Below, piece by piece: positions 23,711 to 33,811 of a DNA stretch of 64,000 nt. The notes beneath the pieces were generated by a model. It did no database searches and was not told the origin of the DNA. It saw only the letters and a list, made by a program, of their open reading frames with translations. The translations under genes were made by a program, and so were the position numbers. The first letter of the stretch is position 1; every line of letters begins with the position of its first letter. Origin of the DNA: Squalus acanthias (lineage: Eukaryota); the NCBI GenBank assembly GCA_030390025.1, contig CM059432.1, forward strand, positions 22,632,001 through 22,696,000, in the 5' to 3' direction.

Positions 23711-26662
23711 TCAGTATCCCGTCCCCGCCTTCTCTCCGTAACCCTTAACCCCTTTTGCCTGTAGAAATATATCTAATTCCCTCTTAAATATATTTAATGA
23801 GCTGGCGTACACTGCCCTCTGTGGCAATGAGTTCCACAGGTTCACCACCCTCTGAGTGAAGAAATTCCCCCTCATTTCTGTCCTAAATGGTTTAGCTCTT
23901 ATCCTTAAATTATGTCCTCTAGTTCTGTTCTCACCCGCCAAGGGAAACATTCCTTCTGCATCTAGTCTGTCTAGACCTGTCAGAATTTTATACACTTCTA
24001 TGAGGTCCCCTCTCAATCTTCTAAACTCCAGTGTGTACATCCCTAAACTACATAGTCTCTCCTCATAGGTCAATCCCGCCATTCCTGGTATCAGCCTGGT
24101 GAATCGCCGCTGCACCCCCTCCATGGCAAGAACATCTTTCCTCAGATGAGGCGACCAAAACTGTACACAGTACTCGAGGTGTGGTCTCACCAGTGCCCTG
24201 TACAGCTGCAGCAAGGTATCCCTGTTCCTGTATTCCAACCCTTTTGCTATGAAGGCCAGCATACCGTTTGCCTTCTTGATCGCCTGTTGCACCTGCATGC
24301 TCGCCTTCAGTGACTGGTGTACAAGAACACCCAGGTCTCTCTGTACTTCCCCCTCTCCCAATTTATTGCCATTTAAATAATAATTTGCCCTCCCGTTCCT
24401 GCACCCAAGGTGGATAACTTCGCACTTGTCCACATTATAGTGCATCTGCCATTTATCCGCCCAATCACCCAGTCTGTCCAAATCGCTCTGGAGCTTCCTG
24501 GTCTCCTCCTCTGAGCCCACCCCCCCTCCTAGTTTAGTGTCGTCTGCAAATTTGGAAATGCTGCATCCGACTCCCTGATCCAGGTCATTAATGTAAATTG
24601 TGAACAGCTGGGGACCCAGGACAGATCCCTGTGGTACCCCACTTGTTACTGCCTGCCATTCAGAAAATGAGCCGTTTATTCCAACTCTCTGTTTTCTATC
24701 TGACAGCCAGTTCTCTATCCACGTCAATACTTTCCCCTTTATCCCATGAGCTTCAATTTTCCCTGCTAATCTTTTATGTGGGACCTTATCGAAGGCCTTT
24801 TGGAAGTCCAGGTACACCACATCTACTGGCTCTCCCCCATCTATTTTACCAGTTACTCCCTCAAAAAATTCCAATAGATTAGTCAAGCACGATTTACCCT
24901 TTGTAAATCCATGTTGACTCTGTCCTATCCTGTCCCCATTTGCTAAGTGCTCCGCTATTTCATCCTTAATGATGGACTCCAGCATTTTGCCCACAACTGA
25001 TGTAAGGCTTACAGGTCTGTAATTACCTGCTTTTTCCCTACCCCCCTTTTTGAATAGTGGGGTAACGTTAGCTACCCTCCAATCCATGGGCACTGTTCCC
25101 GAGTCTAATGAATTCTGAAAAATCATACTTAGTGCATCCGCTATCTCTAGGGCCACCTCCTTCAGCACCCTAGGATGCATGTTATCAGGCCCTGGGGATT
25201 TGTCCGCCTTCAATCCCTTTAGCTTCCTTAACACCATATCCTTAGAGATATTGACTTGCGTCAGTTCCTCCTTTGCAAATGTCCCTATTTTTCCCGATAT
25301 CCCAGGGAGGTTTTTTGTGTCTTCCTTCGTAAAGACTGACCCAAAGTATGCATTTAGTTGGTCTGCCATTTCCTTATTTCCCGTTATATATTCCCCCGTA
25401 TCTGACTGCAATGGGCCAACTTTGGTTTTCACCAGTCTTTTCCTCTTGATATACTTATAAAAGCTTTTGGAGTTAGTTTTTATATTTTCCGCCAGCTTGC
25501 TTTCGTAAGCTATTTTGCCCCTCTTGATTAAGCCCTTTGTCCTCCTTTGCTCTATCTTAAACTGTTCCCAATCTTCCGCTCTGGCGCTTTTTTTGGCTAT
25601 TTTATACGCCCTATCTTTGGATTTTATGCTGTCTCTAATTTCCCCTGTTATCCACGGTTGAGTCACCTTTTTAGATTTCCTTTTATGCCAGATTGGTATA
25701 AACAATTTTTGCAATTTTGTCATTCTATCTTTAAATGCTTGCCATTGTTTATCTACCTCCAGTCCTCCCAGGAACGTTGTCCAATCAGACCTACTCAGTT
25801 CCCGTCTAATGGCATCATAATTCCCCTTGTTTAAATTCAGGACCTTAGTATCTGAGTCAATTTCTTCGCTCTCCATTTCGAGTGAGAAATCGATCATGTT
25901 ATGATCGCTCTGACCCAAGGGTCCCCGTACAACAAGATTACTAATTAGTCCCTTCTCATTGCACAGTACCCAGTCCAATATAACCTGTTCCCGAGTTGGT
26001 TCCTCGACATATTGATCCAGATAACCACCCCTTAAACACTCAAGGAATTCCTCCTCCTCATTATTTTTACTGATTAGGCTATTCCAATCTATATGTAAGT
26101 TAAAGTCACCTATGATGACAGCTGTGCTCTTATTGCACGCTTCTCTAATTTCCCTCGTGATGCCCTCCCCAACCTCTATTTTACTATTTGGAGGCCTATA
26201 TACCACTCCTATTAATGTTTTTCGCCCCTCGCTATTTCTTAGCTCCACCCATATAGATTCTGTATTAACTGAGTTAATATCCTTCCTTTCAATTGCATTT
26301 ATCCCTTCTTTTACCAGCAATGCTACCCCTCCTCCCTTTCTTTTTTGTCGATCCTTCCTAAATACTGAATACCCCTGTATGTTAAGCTCCCAGCCCTGCT
26401 CACCCTGCAACCATGTTTCCGTAATCCCAATTAGATCATAATTATTAACCTCTATTTCCACAGCTAATTCATCTACCTTGTTCCTGATGCTTCTCGCATT
26501 AAGGTATAAAACCCTCAGGCTTTTTTTATGCTCACATTTTTTATGAATTAGTTTGGCCCTTTGTTTTTTGTTCCTCACCCTTTTACCATTTATTTCTGTC
26601 TGCCTTTCACTTTCCTCTATTTCACTACATAGGTTTCTAGCCCGCTGCCATACTAGTTTAAA
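23711..26662 (-). CDS. CR1 ORF2: AP endonuclease + reverse transcriptase (no initiator ATG; probably entered by -1 frameshift)
   Basis: Frame open from the TTTAAAC at 26662-26656 to the stop at 23711; LNARS, ETW, GDFN, SDH, QGSVLGP, FADD; track start at 26578 is GTG. Confidence 0.93.
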   Translation of the reverse strand, partial: FKLVWQRARNLCSEIEESERQTEINGKRVRNKKQRAKLIHKKCEHKKSLRVLYLNARSIRNKVDELAVEIEVNNYDLIGITETWLQGEQGWELNIQGYSVFRKDRQKRKGGGVALLVKEGINAIERKDINSVNTESIWVELRNSEGRKTLIGVVYRPPNSKIEVGEGITREIREACNKSTAVIIGDFNLHIDWNSLISKNNEEEEFLECLRGGYLDQYVEEPTREQVILDWVLCNEKGLISNLVVRGPLGQSDHNMIDFSLEMESEEIDSDTKVLNLNKGNYDAIRRELSRSDWTTFLGGLEVDKQWQAFKDRMTKLQKLFIPIWHKRKSKKVTQPWITGEIRDSIKSKDRAYKIAKKSARAEDWEQFKIEQRRTKGLIKRGKIAYESKLAENIKTNSKSFYKYIKRKRLVKTKVGPLQSDTGEYITGNKEMADQLNAYFGSVFTKEDTKNLPGISGKIGTFAKEELTQVNISKDMVLRKLKGLKADKSPGPDNMHPRVLKEVALEIADALSMIFQNSLDSGTVPMDWRVANVTPLFKKGGREKAGNYRPVSLTSVVGKMLESIIKDEIAEHLANGDRIGQSQHGFTKGKSCLTNLLEFFEGVTGKIDGGEPVDVVYLDFQKAFDKVPHKRLAGKIEAHGIKGKVLTWIENWLSDRKQRVGINGSFSEWQAVTSGVPQGSVLGPQLFTIYINDLDQGVGCSISKFADDTKLGGGVGSEEETRKLQSDLDRLGDWADKWQMHYNVDKCEVIHLGCRNGRANYYLNGNKLGEGEVQRDLGVLVHQSLKASMQVQQAIKKANGMLAFIAKGLEYRNRDTLLQLYRALVRPHLEYCVQFWSPHLRKDVLAMEGVQRRFTRLIPGMAGLTYEERLCSLGMYTLEFRRLRGDLIEVYKILTGLDRLDAEGMFPLAGENRTRGHNLRIRAKPFRTEMRGNFFTQRVVNLWNSLPQRAVYASSLNIFKRELDIFLQAKGVKGYGEKAGTGY

Positions 26663-27600
26663 TGCTCCCGAACTGCTTTATCAAAAATTACCCCGAGAAC
26701 ATCAGTTCCATCTTTGCACAGGTGTAGACCGTCCCTTTTGTATAGGTCACACCTACCACAAAACTGGTTCCAATGCCTCAAAAATTTAAAACCCTCCCTC
26801 TTACACCACTGCTCAAGCCACGTATTTAGCCTAACTATCCTGTTCTCTGTACTCTTACTAGCACGTGGCACTGGTAGTAATCCAGAGATTACTACCTTCG
26901 AGGTCCTACTTTTTAGCTTGGCTCCTAACTCCCTAAATTCTACTTGTAGGACCTCTTCCCTTTTTTTAGCTACGTCGTTGGTACCAACATGTATCACGAC
27001 AACTGGCTGTTCCCCCTCCCCCTCCAGAATGTTCTGCACCCGCGCCGAGACATCCTTGACCCTTGCACCAGGGAGGCAACATACCATCCTGGAGTCTCGG
27101 TCGCGACCACAGAAACTCCTATCTATTCCCCTTACAATCGAATCCCCTATTACTATAGCCCTGCCACTCTTTTTCCCTCCCTTCTTTGCAACAGAGCCAG
27201 TCATGGTGCCATGAGCCTGGCTGCTGGTGCCTTCCCCCGATGAGTCATCCCCCCCGACAACAGCACCTAAGGCGGTGAACCTGTTGCTAAGGGAGACAAC
27301 CCCAGGGGATTTCTGCACTACCTTCCTGCCCTTGCTCTGCCTTTTGGTCACCCATGTACTATCTACGCTGGCCTTAACCTGCGGTGTGACCAACTCACTA
27401 AATGTGTTATCCACAACCCTCTCAGAATCGTGGTTGCTCCAAAGTGAGTCCATCCGCAGCTCAAGGGCCGTCATGCGGTCCCACATGAGCTGCAGCTGGA
27501 CACACTTCCCGCACACATGGTTGTCAGGGACACAGGAAGCGTCCCTGATTTCCCACATGTTACAGGAGGAGCATGACACAGGTCCGAGCTCTACTGCCAT
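26653..27600 (-). CDS. CR1 ORF1 protein (zinc finger, coiled coil, SGNH esterase)
   Basis: 315-aa ATG ORF with GDS, GTND, DGLH. Confidence 0.93.
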   Translation of the reverse strand: MAVELGPVSCSSCNMWEIRDASCVPDNHVCGKCVQLQLMWDRMTALELRMDSLWSNHDSERVVDNTFSELVTPQVKASVDSTWVTKRQSKGRKVVQKSPGVVSLSNRFTALGAVVGGDDSSGEGTSSQAHGTMTGSVAKKGGKKSGRAIVIGDSIVRGIDRSFCGRDRDSRMVCCLPGARVKDVSARVQNILEGEGEQPVVVIHVGTNDVAKKREEVLQVEFRELGAKLKSRTSKVVISGLLPVPRASKSTENRIVRLNTWLEQWCKREGFKFLRHWNQFCGRCDLYKRDGLHLCKDGTDVLGVIFDKAVREHLN

Positions 27601-28046
27601 GACTTAACCCTTATATTACTTTTTAATTTTCTAGTTTTAGTTTATTTATTGACTTTTGTTTTCCCGAAGCTTACTTAGACCAATGTATACTGTACTCCTC
27701 TTATTCCTTTTTAAACTAACCAAATCCCACTAGTTTTAGTTTTACTTTCTAGGAAGGTTTGAGGAAAGTACTTACCAGTTAGTCTTACCTCCCTGGTCTT
27801 TCGCTGACTTCCCGGTCTTGTGTCCCCTTGGTCCTACGCCGACTTCCCGCTCCTCCCGGTTCCTGCCCTGCTGAAAAGAAACTGAGACCAAAAAATTTGT
27901 GACCTCTGTTTTTAGACTGCTAAAAGACTAGTAGGTTAGAGGAGGAGGGCGGGTGGGGGTTCCTACTCTGTAGGAACTCGGGTTTAAGCCACCACCCTCC
28001 TTAAATGCTGTTCACCTGGGTGCTTCCCACCTGGTCCGCTTCCGGT

Positions 28047-28597
28047 CTCTCCGCTCCCGACACTGGCCTCTGCAAAAAAAGCCCGCGAAAGTGAGTTTAA
28101 ATACTCACTGTGCTGCTGCTCTCTCCGCTCCCGACACTGGCCTCTGCAAAAAAAGCCCGCGAAAGTGAGTTTAAATACTCACTGTGCTGCTGCTCTCTCC
28201 GCTCCCGACACTGGCCTCTGCAAAAAAAGCCCGCGAAAGTGAGTTTAAATACTCACTGTGCTGCTGCTCTCTCCGCTCCCGACACTGGCCTCTGCAAAAA
28301 AAGCCCGCGAAAGTGAGTTTAAATACTCACTGTGCTGCTGCTCTCTCCGCTCCCGACACTGGCCTCTGCAAAAAAAGCCCGCGAAAGTGAGTTTAAATAC
28401 TCACTGTGCTGCTGCTCTCTCCGCTCCCGACACTGGCCTCTGCAAAAAAAGCCCGCGAAAGTGAGTTTAAATACTCACTGTGCTGCTGCTCTCTCCGCTC
28501 CCGACACTGGCCTCTGCAAAAAAAGCCCGCGAAAGTGAGTTTAAATACTCACTGTGCTGCTGCTCTCTCCGCTCCCGACACTGGCCTCTGCAAAAAA
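28047..28597 (-). repeat. 74-bp tandem monomer array at the 5' end of CR1 copy B (~7.4 copies)
   Basis: Unit CTCTCCGCTCCCGACACTGGCCTCTGCAAAAAAAGCCCGCGAAAGTGAGTTTAAATACTCACTGTGCTGCTGCT, period 74. Confidence 0.97.
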
Positions 28598-28825
28598 GAG
28601 GTAGGAGATCAGCCATGATCTTATTGAATGGCGGCACAGACACGAAGGGCCAAATGATCTACTCCTGCTCCTATTTCTTATGTTCTTATGGATAATATTC
28701 TTCCCTCGACCAATACTCCTGGAAACAGATTAACTAGTCATCGCTATTTATGGAATGTTCCTGTAACAGAATGATTGCTTACATAACAACAGTGACTGTA
28801 CTTCAAATATAATTTTGTTTTAATA

Positions 28826-29185
28826 ATCATTCATGGGTGTGGCTGTCACTGGCAAGGCCAGCATTTTTATTGCCATCCCTAATTGCCCTTAACTGAATGC
28901 TGTTAAGAGTCAACCACATTGCTGTGGGCCTGGCATCACATATAGGCCAGACCAGGTAAGGACCGCAGATTTCCTTCCCTAAAGGACTTTAGTGAACCAC
29001 GTGGGCTTTTTACAAGAATCCGGTAGTTACATGGCCATCATTACTAGCTTTTTATTCCAGATTTATTTTTTAAGTGAATTTAAATTCCCCAGCTCCCAGG
29101 GCAGGATTTAAACTCAAGTCTCTGGATCATTATTCCAGGCGACTGGATTACTAGTCCAGTAACATAACCACTATGCTACCGTTCC
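28826..29185 (-). mobile_element. tRNA-headed SINE (family 2)
   Basis: Minus-strand head GGTAGCATAGTGGTTATGTTACTGGACTAGTAATCCAG (A-box-like); related to 29865-30310 and 58958-61078. Confidence 0.75.
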
Positions 29186-29864
29186 CTCTATCTGTTGTTA
29201 TGAAGCACTTCAAAATATTTTGAAAATGTGCTGAGGCTCTATATGAATGCTGCTATTGGCTCTGAGCCTCTGTGAGGGCCTAAATTCATCAGGCCTTGGC
29301 AGGTGAGCTGCATCGGGGCACCTCATTGGCACCCGCGGCTCGCCTGATTTATTCTGATGAAGTCCGAGAACGAACCTACTCTCGTCTTTGGGCCTGTCCA
29401 TTCTGGCACGGCATCATGGCCGGAATTGCGAATGATTTGGGGCGCCATGGAATTTAGGCCCCATAGTGTTTGATTCAAATGAAAGCAAATTAGAAGCAGA
29501 TTGTGTGGCGACAGTATGAAGGATTGTGGTTGTTTGATTTTAGTATTACGAGCAAAATAGTGTTTGTTAGTCTTTTGATGTTGCTGAGGCAATAATTATT
29601 ATGGGATAACAGATGGCTGGCAGTAAGATGCAGGGTAATTCAATTAAATGAATCAGATGATGTAATAAACTGTGACAACCAAACTTGCTTTGGTTAAAAA
29701 TTTCAGTGAAACCCTGAATTGGAACTGAAGACTTAAACTCACTGCCAGTCATTACTAAGTATCGATACCGTATAGCAATGGATGTCCTGTGTCATTGCTC
29801 TTGGTGAGTCTCAGGATGCGCTGCTTCCTTTATCTAGGTAATCAATTTTTATCGCTTAGGATTT

Positions 29865-30310
29865 AAAAAAAATGTTTTTATTCGTTCACAGGATGTGGAC
29901 GTCGCTGGCAAGGCCAGCATTTATTGCCCGTTCCTAATTGTCCTTGAGAAGGTGGTGGTGAGCCGCCTTCTTGAACTGCTGTATCCTTCTTTGTAGCGGC
30001 TTGTTACAACTGAGTGTCTTGCTAGGCCATTTCAGAGGGCAGTTAAGAGTCAACCACATTGCTGTGGGTCTGGAGTCACATATAGGCCAGATCAAGTAAG
30101 GATGGCAGATCTCCTTCCCTAAAGGACATTAGTGAACCAGATGGGTTTTTATGACAGTCTGGAAGTTTCATGGTCACCCTTACTAATACTAGCTTTATAG
30201 TTCAGATTTATTTAATTAGCAGAATTTAAGTTCCCCAGCTGCTGTGGTGAGATCGAGAACTCATGTCTCTGGATCATTAGTCCAGTAACATAACCACTAT
30301 GCCACCTTTC
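29865..30310 (-). mobile_element. tRNA-headed SINE (family 2)
   Basis: Same head and body as 28826-29185; 3' end GGCAATAAATGCTGGCCTTGCCAGCGACG followed by an A-rich tail. Confidence 0.78.
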
Positions 30311-31261
30311 CCATAACTTAAAATGTAGGATACACAACAAGATGGTGCCAAGTTGGAGGTAGGTACCTGGCACAGGAAGGGTATGTGGTTTAGCAGCAAT
30401 GTAGCGGGGGTGGGGGTGCACTTTGGCAGCACTAGAAGATTGGTCCAGGAATTTGGCATAACTGAGGAATGGGCAGATTATGGTGGAGGTGCTGAAGTTT
30501 TGCAACACAGGGGACATGCTAGAGCTTAGCATGATGTGGGTGAAGGATGCTGCAGTGTAAGTAGCACTAAGGAAGCATCCATTGCCCCACAATTACTTCC
30601 CCCCCCCGCCCCCACACCCCGCAACAATGCAGTGTAGGGCTTGGAGCTTTGCAGCACTGAGGGCTTCCAGAGGTATAGCAGTAAAGGGGTGAGACTCTTG
30701 GAGTTTGGTCGCCCTGGAGAGGGGCGTTGGGTTTTTGAACATCTTGTGCGGTTTCTGGATTTCAGTAACAATGCACACTCTCTCTGCTTTGCTGGGTTCA
30801 TAGAAAACAAACCTACCTGAACAGAGAATCTGGTGCACGTCAGACTGACTTATGGGGATGTGATGACAGGCATTCTGGATAAGTGAGTGTAAAAGCACAC
30901 TTATCTTAATTCTGATAGTCCTGGAAACAGTCTGGAAATACTCGGGGCATAAACATGTAAACCAATGGTAACTTTTACAACCAACAGCTGTGATTTTCTT
31001 CCTGGAGGCGGGTTTGCGTGGGGAACGGTAGTGGGCGGGTTCCAGTCCCGCTGCCGGCCCCTGCCAGCCTGCTGACACAATTTTGCGTTAATTGGGCTAG
31101 TTAAGCCCGCCGTGTGGGTTACCCACCCTGATCACAAGGTGTGGGTCTGTTCAGCTGATACGCTGACACGTTTGCAGCCAGTGCATTTCACCATTAGATC
31201 TCAAGTGGTTTCTGGTGCTTCTGATTGCTGCTTCTCACCACGATGTCTGCAGAGAAACAAA

Positions 31262-31660
31262 TCTAGAGCACATAAATCTAGGCTGACACTCCAGTGCAGT
31301 GCTGTGGGAGTGCTGCGCTGTCGGAGGAGCTGTCTTTCGGATGAAATGTTAAACCGAGGCCCCGTCTGCTCTCTCAGGTGGACGTAAAAGATTAAAGATT
31401 CCATGGCACTATTTTGAAGAAGAGCAGGGGAGTTATCCCCGGTGTCCTGGCCAATATTTATCCCTCAATCAACATAATAAAAACAGAATATCTAGTCATT
31501 ATCACATTGCTGTTTGTGGGAGCTTGCTGTGCGCAAATTAGCTGCCGCATATCCCACATTACAACAGTGACTACACTCCAAAAGTACTTCATTGGCTGTA
31601 AAGTACTTTGAGACATCCGGTGGTCATGAAAGGCGCTATATAAATGCAAGTCTTTCTTTC
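31262..31660 (+). mobile_element. Deu-domain SINE (DeuSINE-like), 5'-truncated
   Basis: TCTTTCGGATGA...TTAAACCGAGGCCCCGTCTG...CCATGGCACT core, recalled from the AmnSINE1/SacSINE1 Deu domain; tail GGCGCTATATAAATGCAAGT(CTTT)n. Confidence 0.82.
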
Positions 31661-33226
31661 TTTTGGTAGTCGTCCTCTGGGTTTTGGAGCCTTTGAAGGC
31701 CCTGCCAAAGGCTGCTCCTCCTGCGGCTGCACAGGGGCAGACTCAGCCATCTCTGCTCCAGCAGTCATCTGGTGCTCTGACTGAGGGGTTGGCAAGGAGA
31801 TGGAAGTTGGAACACTTGGAGAGGAGCCCCCACTTGCATGTCACCTTCCACCATTATCCCTCTCATGGGCCACCCACACTTCTCAGCTAGCAAGTAGCTG
31901 GAGAGCACCTTGCTGCACATCAGTGGGGCCATGAGGACTCCTCTCTGTCCTGACAGTCCTCATAACGGGGACGTCCATGTACCTCTGGTTCCTCTCCACG
32001 CTAGATGCCCATCTATCCTCATAGCTGACCATCTATTTAGAAGAGTCACCATGTTCATTTGAGTCTGGCGATTTATGTCCTCCATGGAGGTTGCCATCCT
32101 TTCCATGGCGGCACCTACATTCGCCATTGCGTGCACCACGGCATTACTCATGCTTGAGATGGACTCCTCCATTCTCTGCACACTCGCAGTCACCGTGGTT
32201 GAAAACCCAGTCCTACACTTGGTCCTGAAACTCCAGCACCGCTCTCTTTCTGGATGTCCCCTGAGGCTCAGTGTCTACATGCAGCTGAGCAGAGCTAGGA
32301 GCGTCCTGCGGCCTCTGATGAGGACTCTCCACTGCTGTCCCTGTCTCCACCAGCTGCTCTTGCTCACTCGTGCATTGTGATACACCAGGTGACAACACTA
32401 CTCTATCTCGTGAACGACCCACCGTAGTGTGCGTCACTGCGCTGGTGCTGGGTGCAATCATTTCTGTTGACGCTGCTCCCTCAGAGGATGCAGCATCCTC
32501 TGAGGAGTCCTCCGGCTCTTCCTCCTGGACAGTAGGGAGGGGGGCTCCTGATGGTCCTGTGGGAGAGTAAAGTCTTGAGTTAGACATGTGATATGTAGAT
32601 TGCAGACGCATCTCATTGTGCACGTGATGAGCATTCAATTTCTAATGACATCAGATGCCATATGTATCACTCATGAAAGCCAAGTAAGATGGATGGGAAG
32701 CATTCTGTCACCAGGTTGTTCTACTGAGCCCGTCTCTCCGTCCCCCACTTCGAGCTGTTCCACTGATCCCACAATTTCCAAAGCGGCCTCCTCAGCGTTG
32801 GTCAGCTGTGATAAGGATGGTGGTCCTCCTCCTGTTCTCTCCCTCTCCCTCTTATTGTGGCCTCTCTTTTCCTGGAATGAGGGAAAGAAGTGGAGTTTTA
32901 CTGAGAGTGATGGAATGAATGGATAGGATAGATGTTTAGAGGGAGACTGTGAAGGAATGGGCTGCCATTAAGAAGTTCCCTCCTTTTGAATTGTTAGTTG
33001 TTATCAGTGCATAACCTTGAGGGTGGGTGTGAGGGATGCATAGTAAGATGGGGTAGTGATTCTGTTCATGGGGAGAGAGGGATGGGGGATGGTGCAAGGG
33101 ATGTTGGGTTGAGTCAGGATGTGCAGGAGTAGGGTCAGCAATGCAGAGTGATGGGGATGTGATGACAGGCACAGCAGTATTAAGGTAAGTGTGCTTTTAT
33201 ACTCACTTTTCCAGAATGCAGGAGAT

Positions 33227-33615
33227 CACAGAGGCGGCGGACCTGGGTGGAGCAGCTGCGGCGAGGCGGAGGACTCAAGAGGCGGCGGCGACCAGGTAGG
33301 CCCACAGAGGCGGCGGACCTGGGTGGAGCGGCTGCGGCGAGGCGGAGGACTCAAGAGGTGGCGGCGACCAGGTAGGCCCACAGAGGCGGCGGACCTGGGT
33401 GGAGCGGCTGCGGCGAGGCGGAGGACTCAAGAGGCGGCGGCGACCAGGTAGGCCCACAGAGGCGGCGGACCTGGGTGGAGCAGCTGCGGCGAGGCGGAGG
33501 ACTCAAGAGGCGGCGGCGACCAGGTAGGCCCACAGAGGCGGCGGACCTGGGTGGAGCGGCTGCGGCGAGGCGGAGGACTCAAGAGGCGGCGGCGACCAGG
33601 TAGGCCCACAGAGGC
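33227..33615 (+). repeat. 76-bp GC-rich tandem monomer array at the 5' end of CR1 copy C (~5.1 copies)
   Basis: Unit CACAGAGGCGGCGGACCTGGGTGGAGC(A/G)GCTGCGGCGAGGCGGAGGACTCAAGAGGCGGCGGCGACCAGGTAGGCC at 33227, 33303, 33379 and onward. Confidence 0.96.
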
Positions 33616-33811
33616 TTTTAAAGTGCGGGACGCAGTGGTTGCTGGGTAGGTGATTAATTTTTACCTGTATATAAGTTCGGCGGTTCCTAAACCCGAGACA
33701 CTACACTTGTAGTGTCCCCCACCCTTCCTCCTCCTCTAACCTAAAGGAGGTGAGTGACTATCAGGTAAGCTCTTTTTTGTTCTCGTTGAATCTGCAAGTT
33801 AGCTGGAGGGG

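Larger units (their letters stand above)
23617..28597 (-). mobile_element. Full-length CR1-clade LINE, copy B, both ORFs intact
   Basis: Monomer array, 5'UTR, ORF1 (315 aa), uninterrupted ORF2 (at least 955 aa), 3' tail. Confidence 0.97.
19725..28690 (+). mobile_element. Older host CR1 in three pieces (19725-19985, 22418-23616, 28598-28690)
   Basis: Removing the inserts rejoins GGATTGGGCA|AAGTCAACACGG and GTGGAG|GAGGTAGGAGATCAGCC; RT ORFs 19720-20082, 22370-22960, 22968-23432. Confidence 0.88.

Noticed and set aside
28110..28695. Repeated 68-aa ORFs (and 60-aa ORFs at 33275-33609)
   Set aside because: Artefacts of translating tandem monomers from non-ATG starts
29353..29380. CTGATGA...GAAC as a hammerhead ribozyme (also TGATGAGTCCAAGGAT at 39005)
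   Set aside because: The required GAAA and the closing stems are missing
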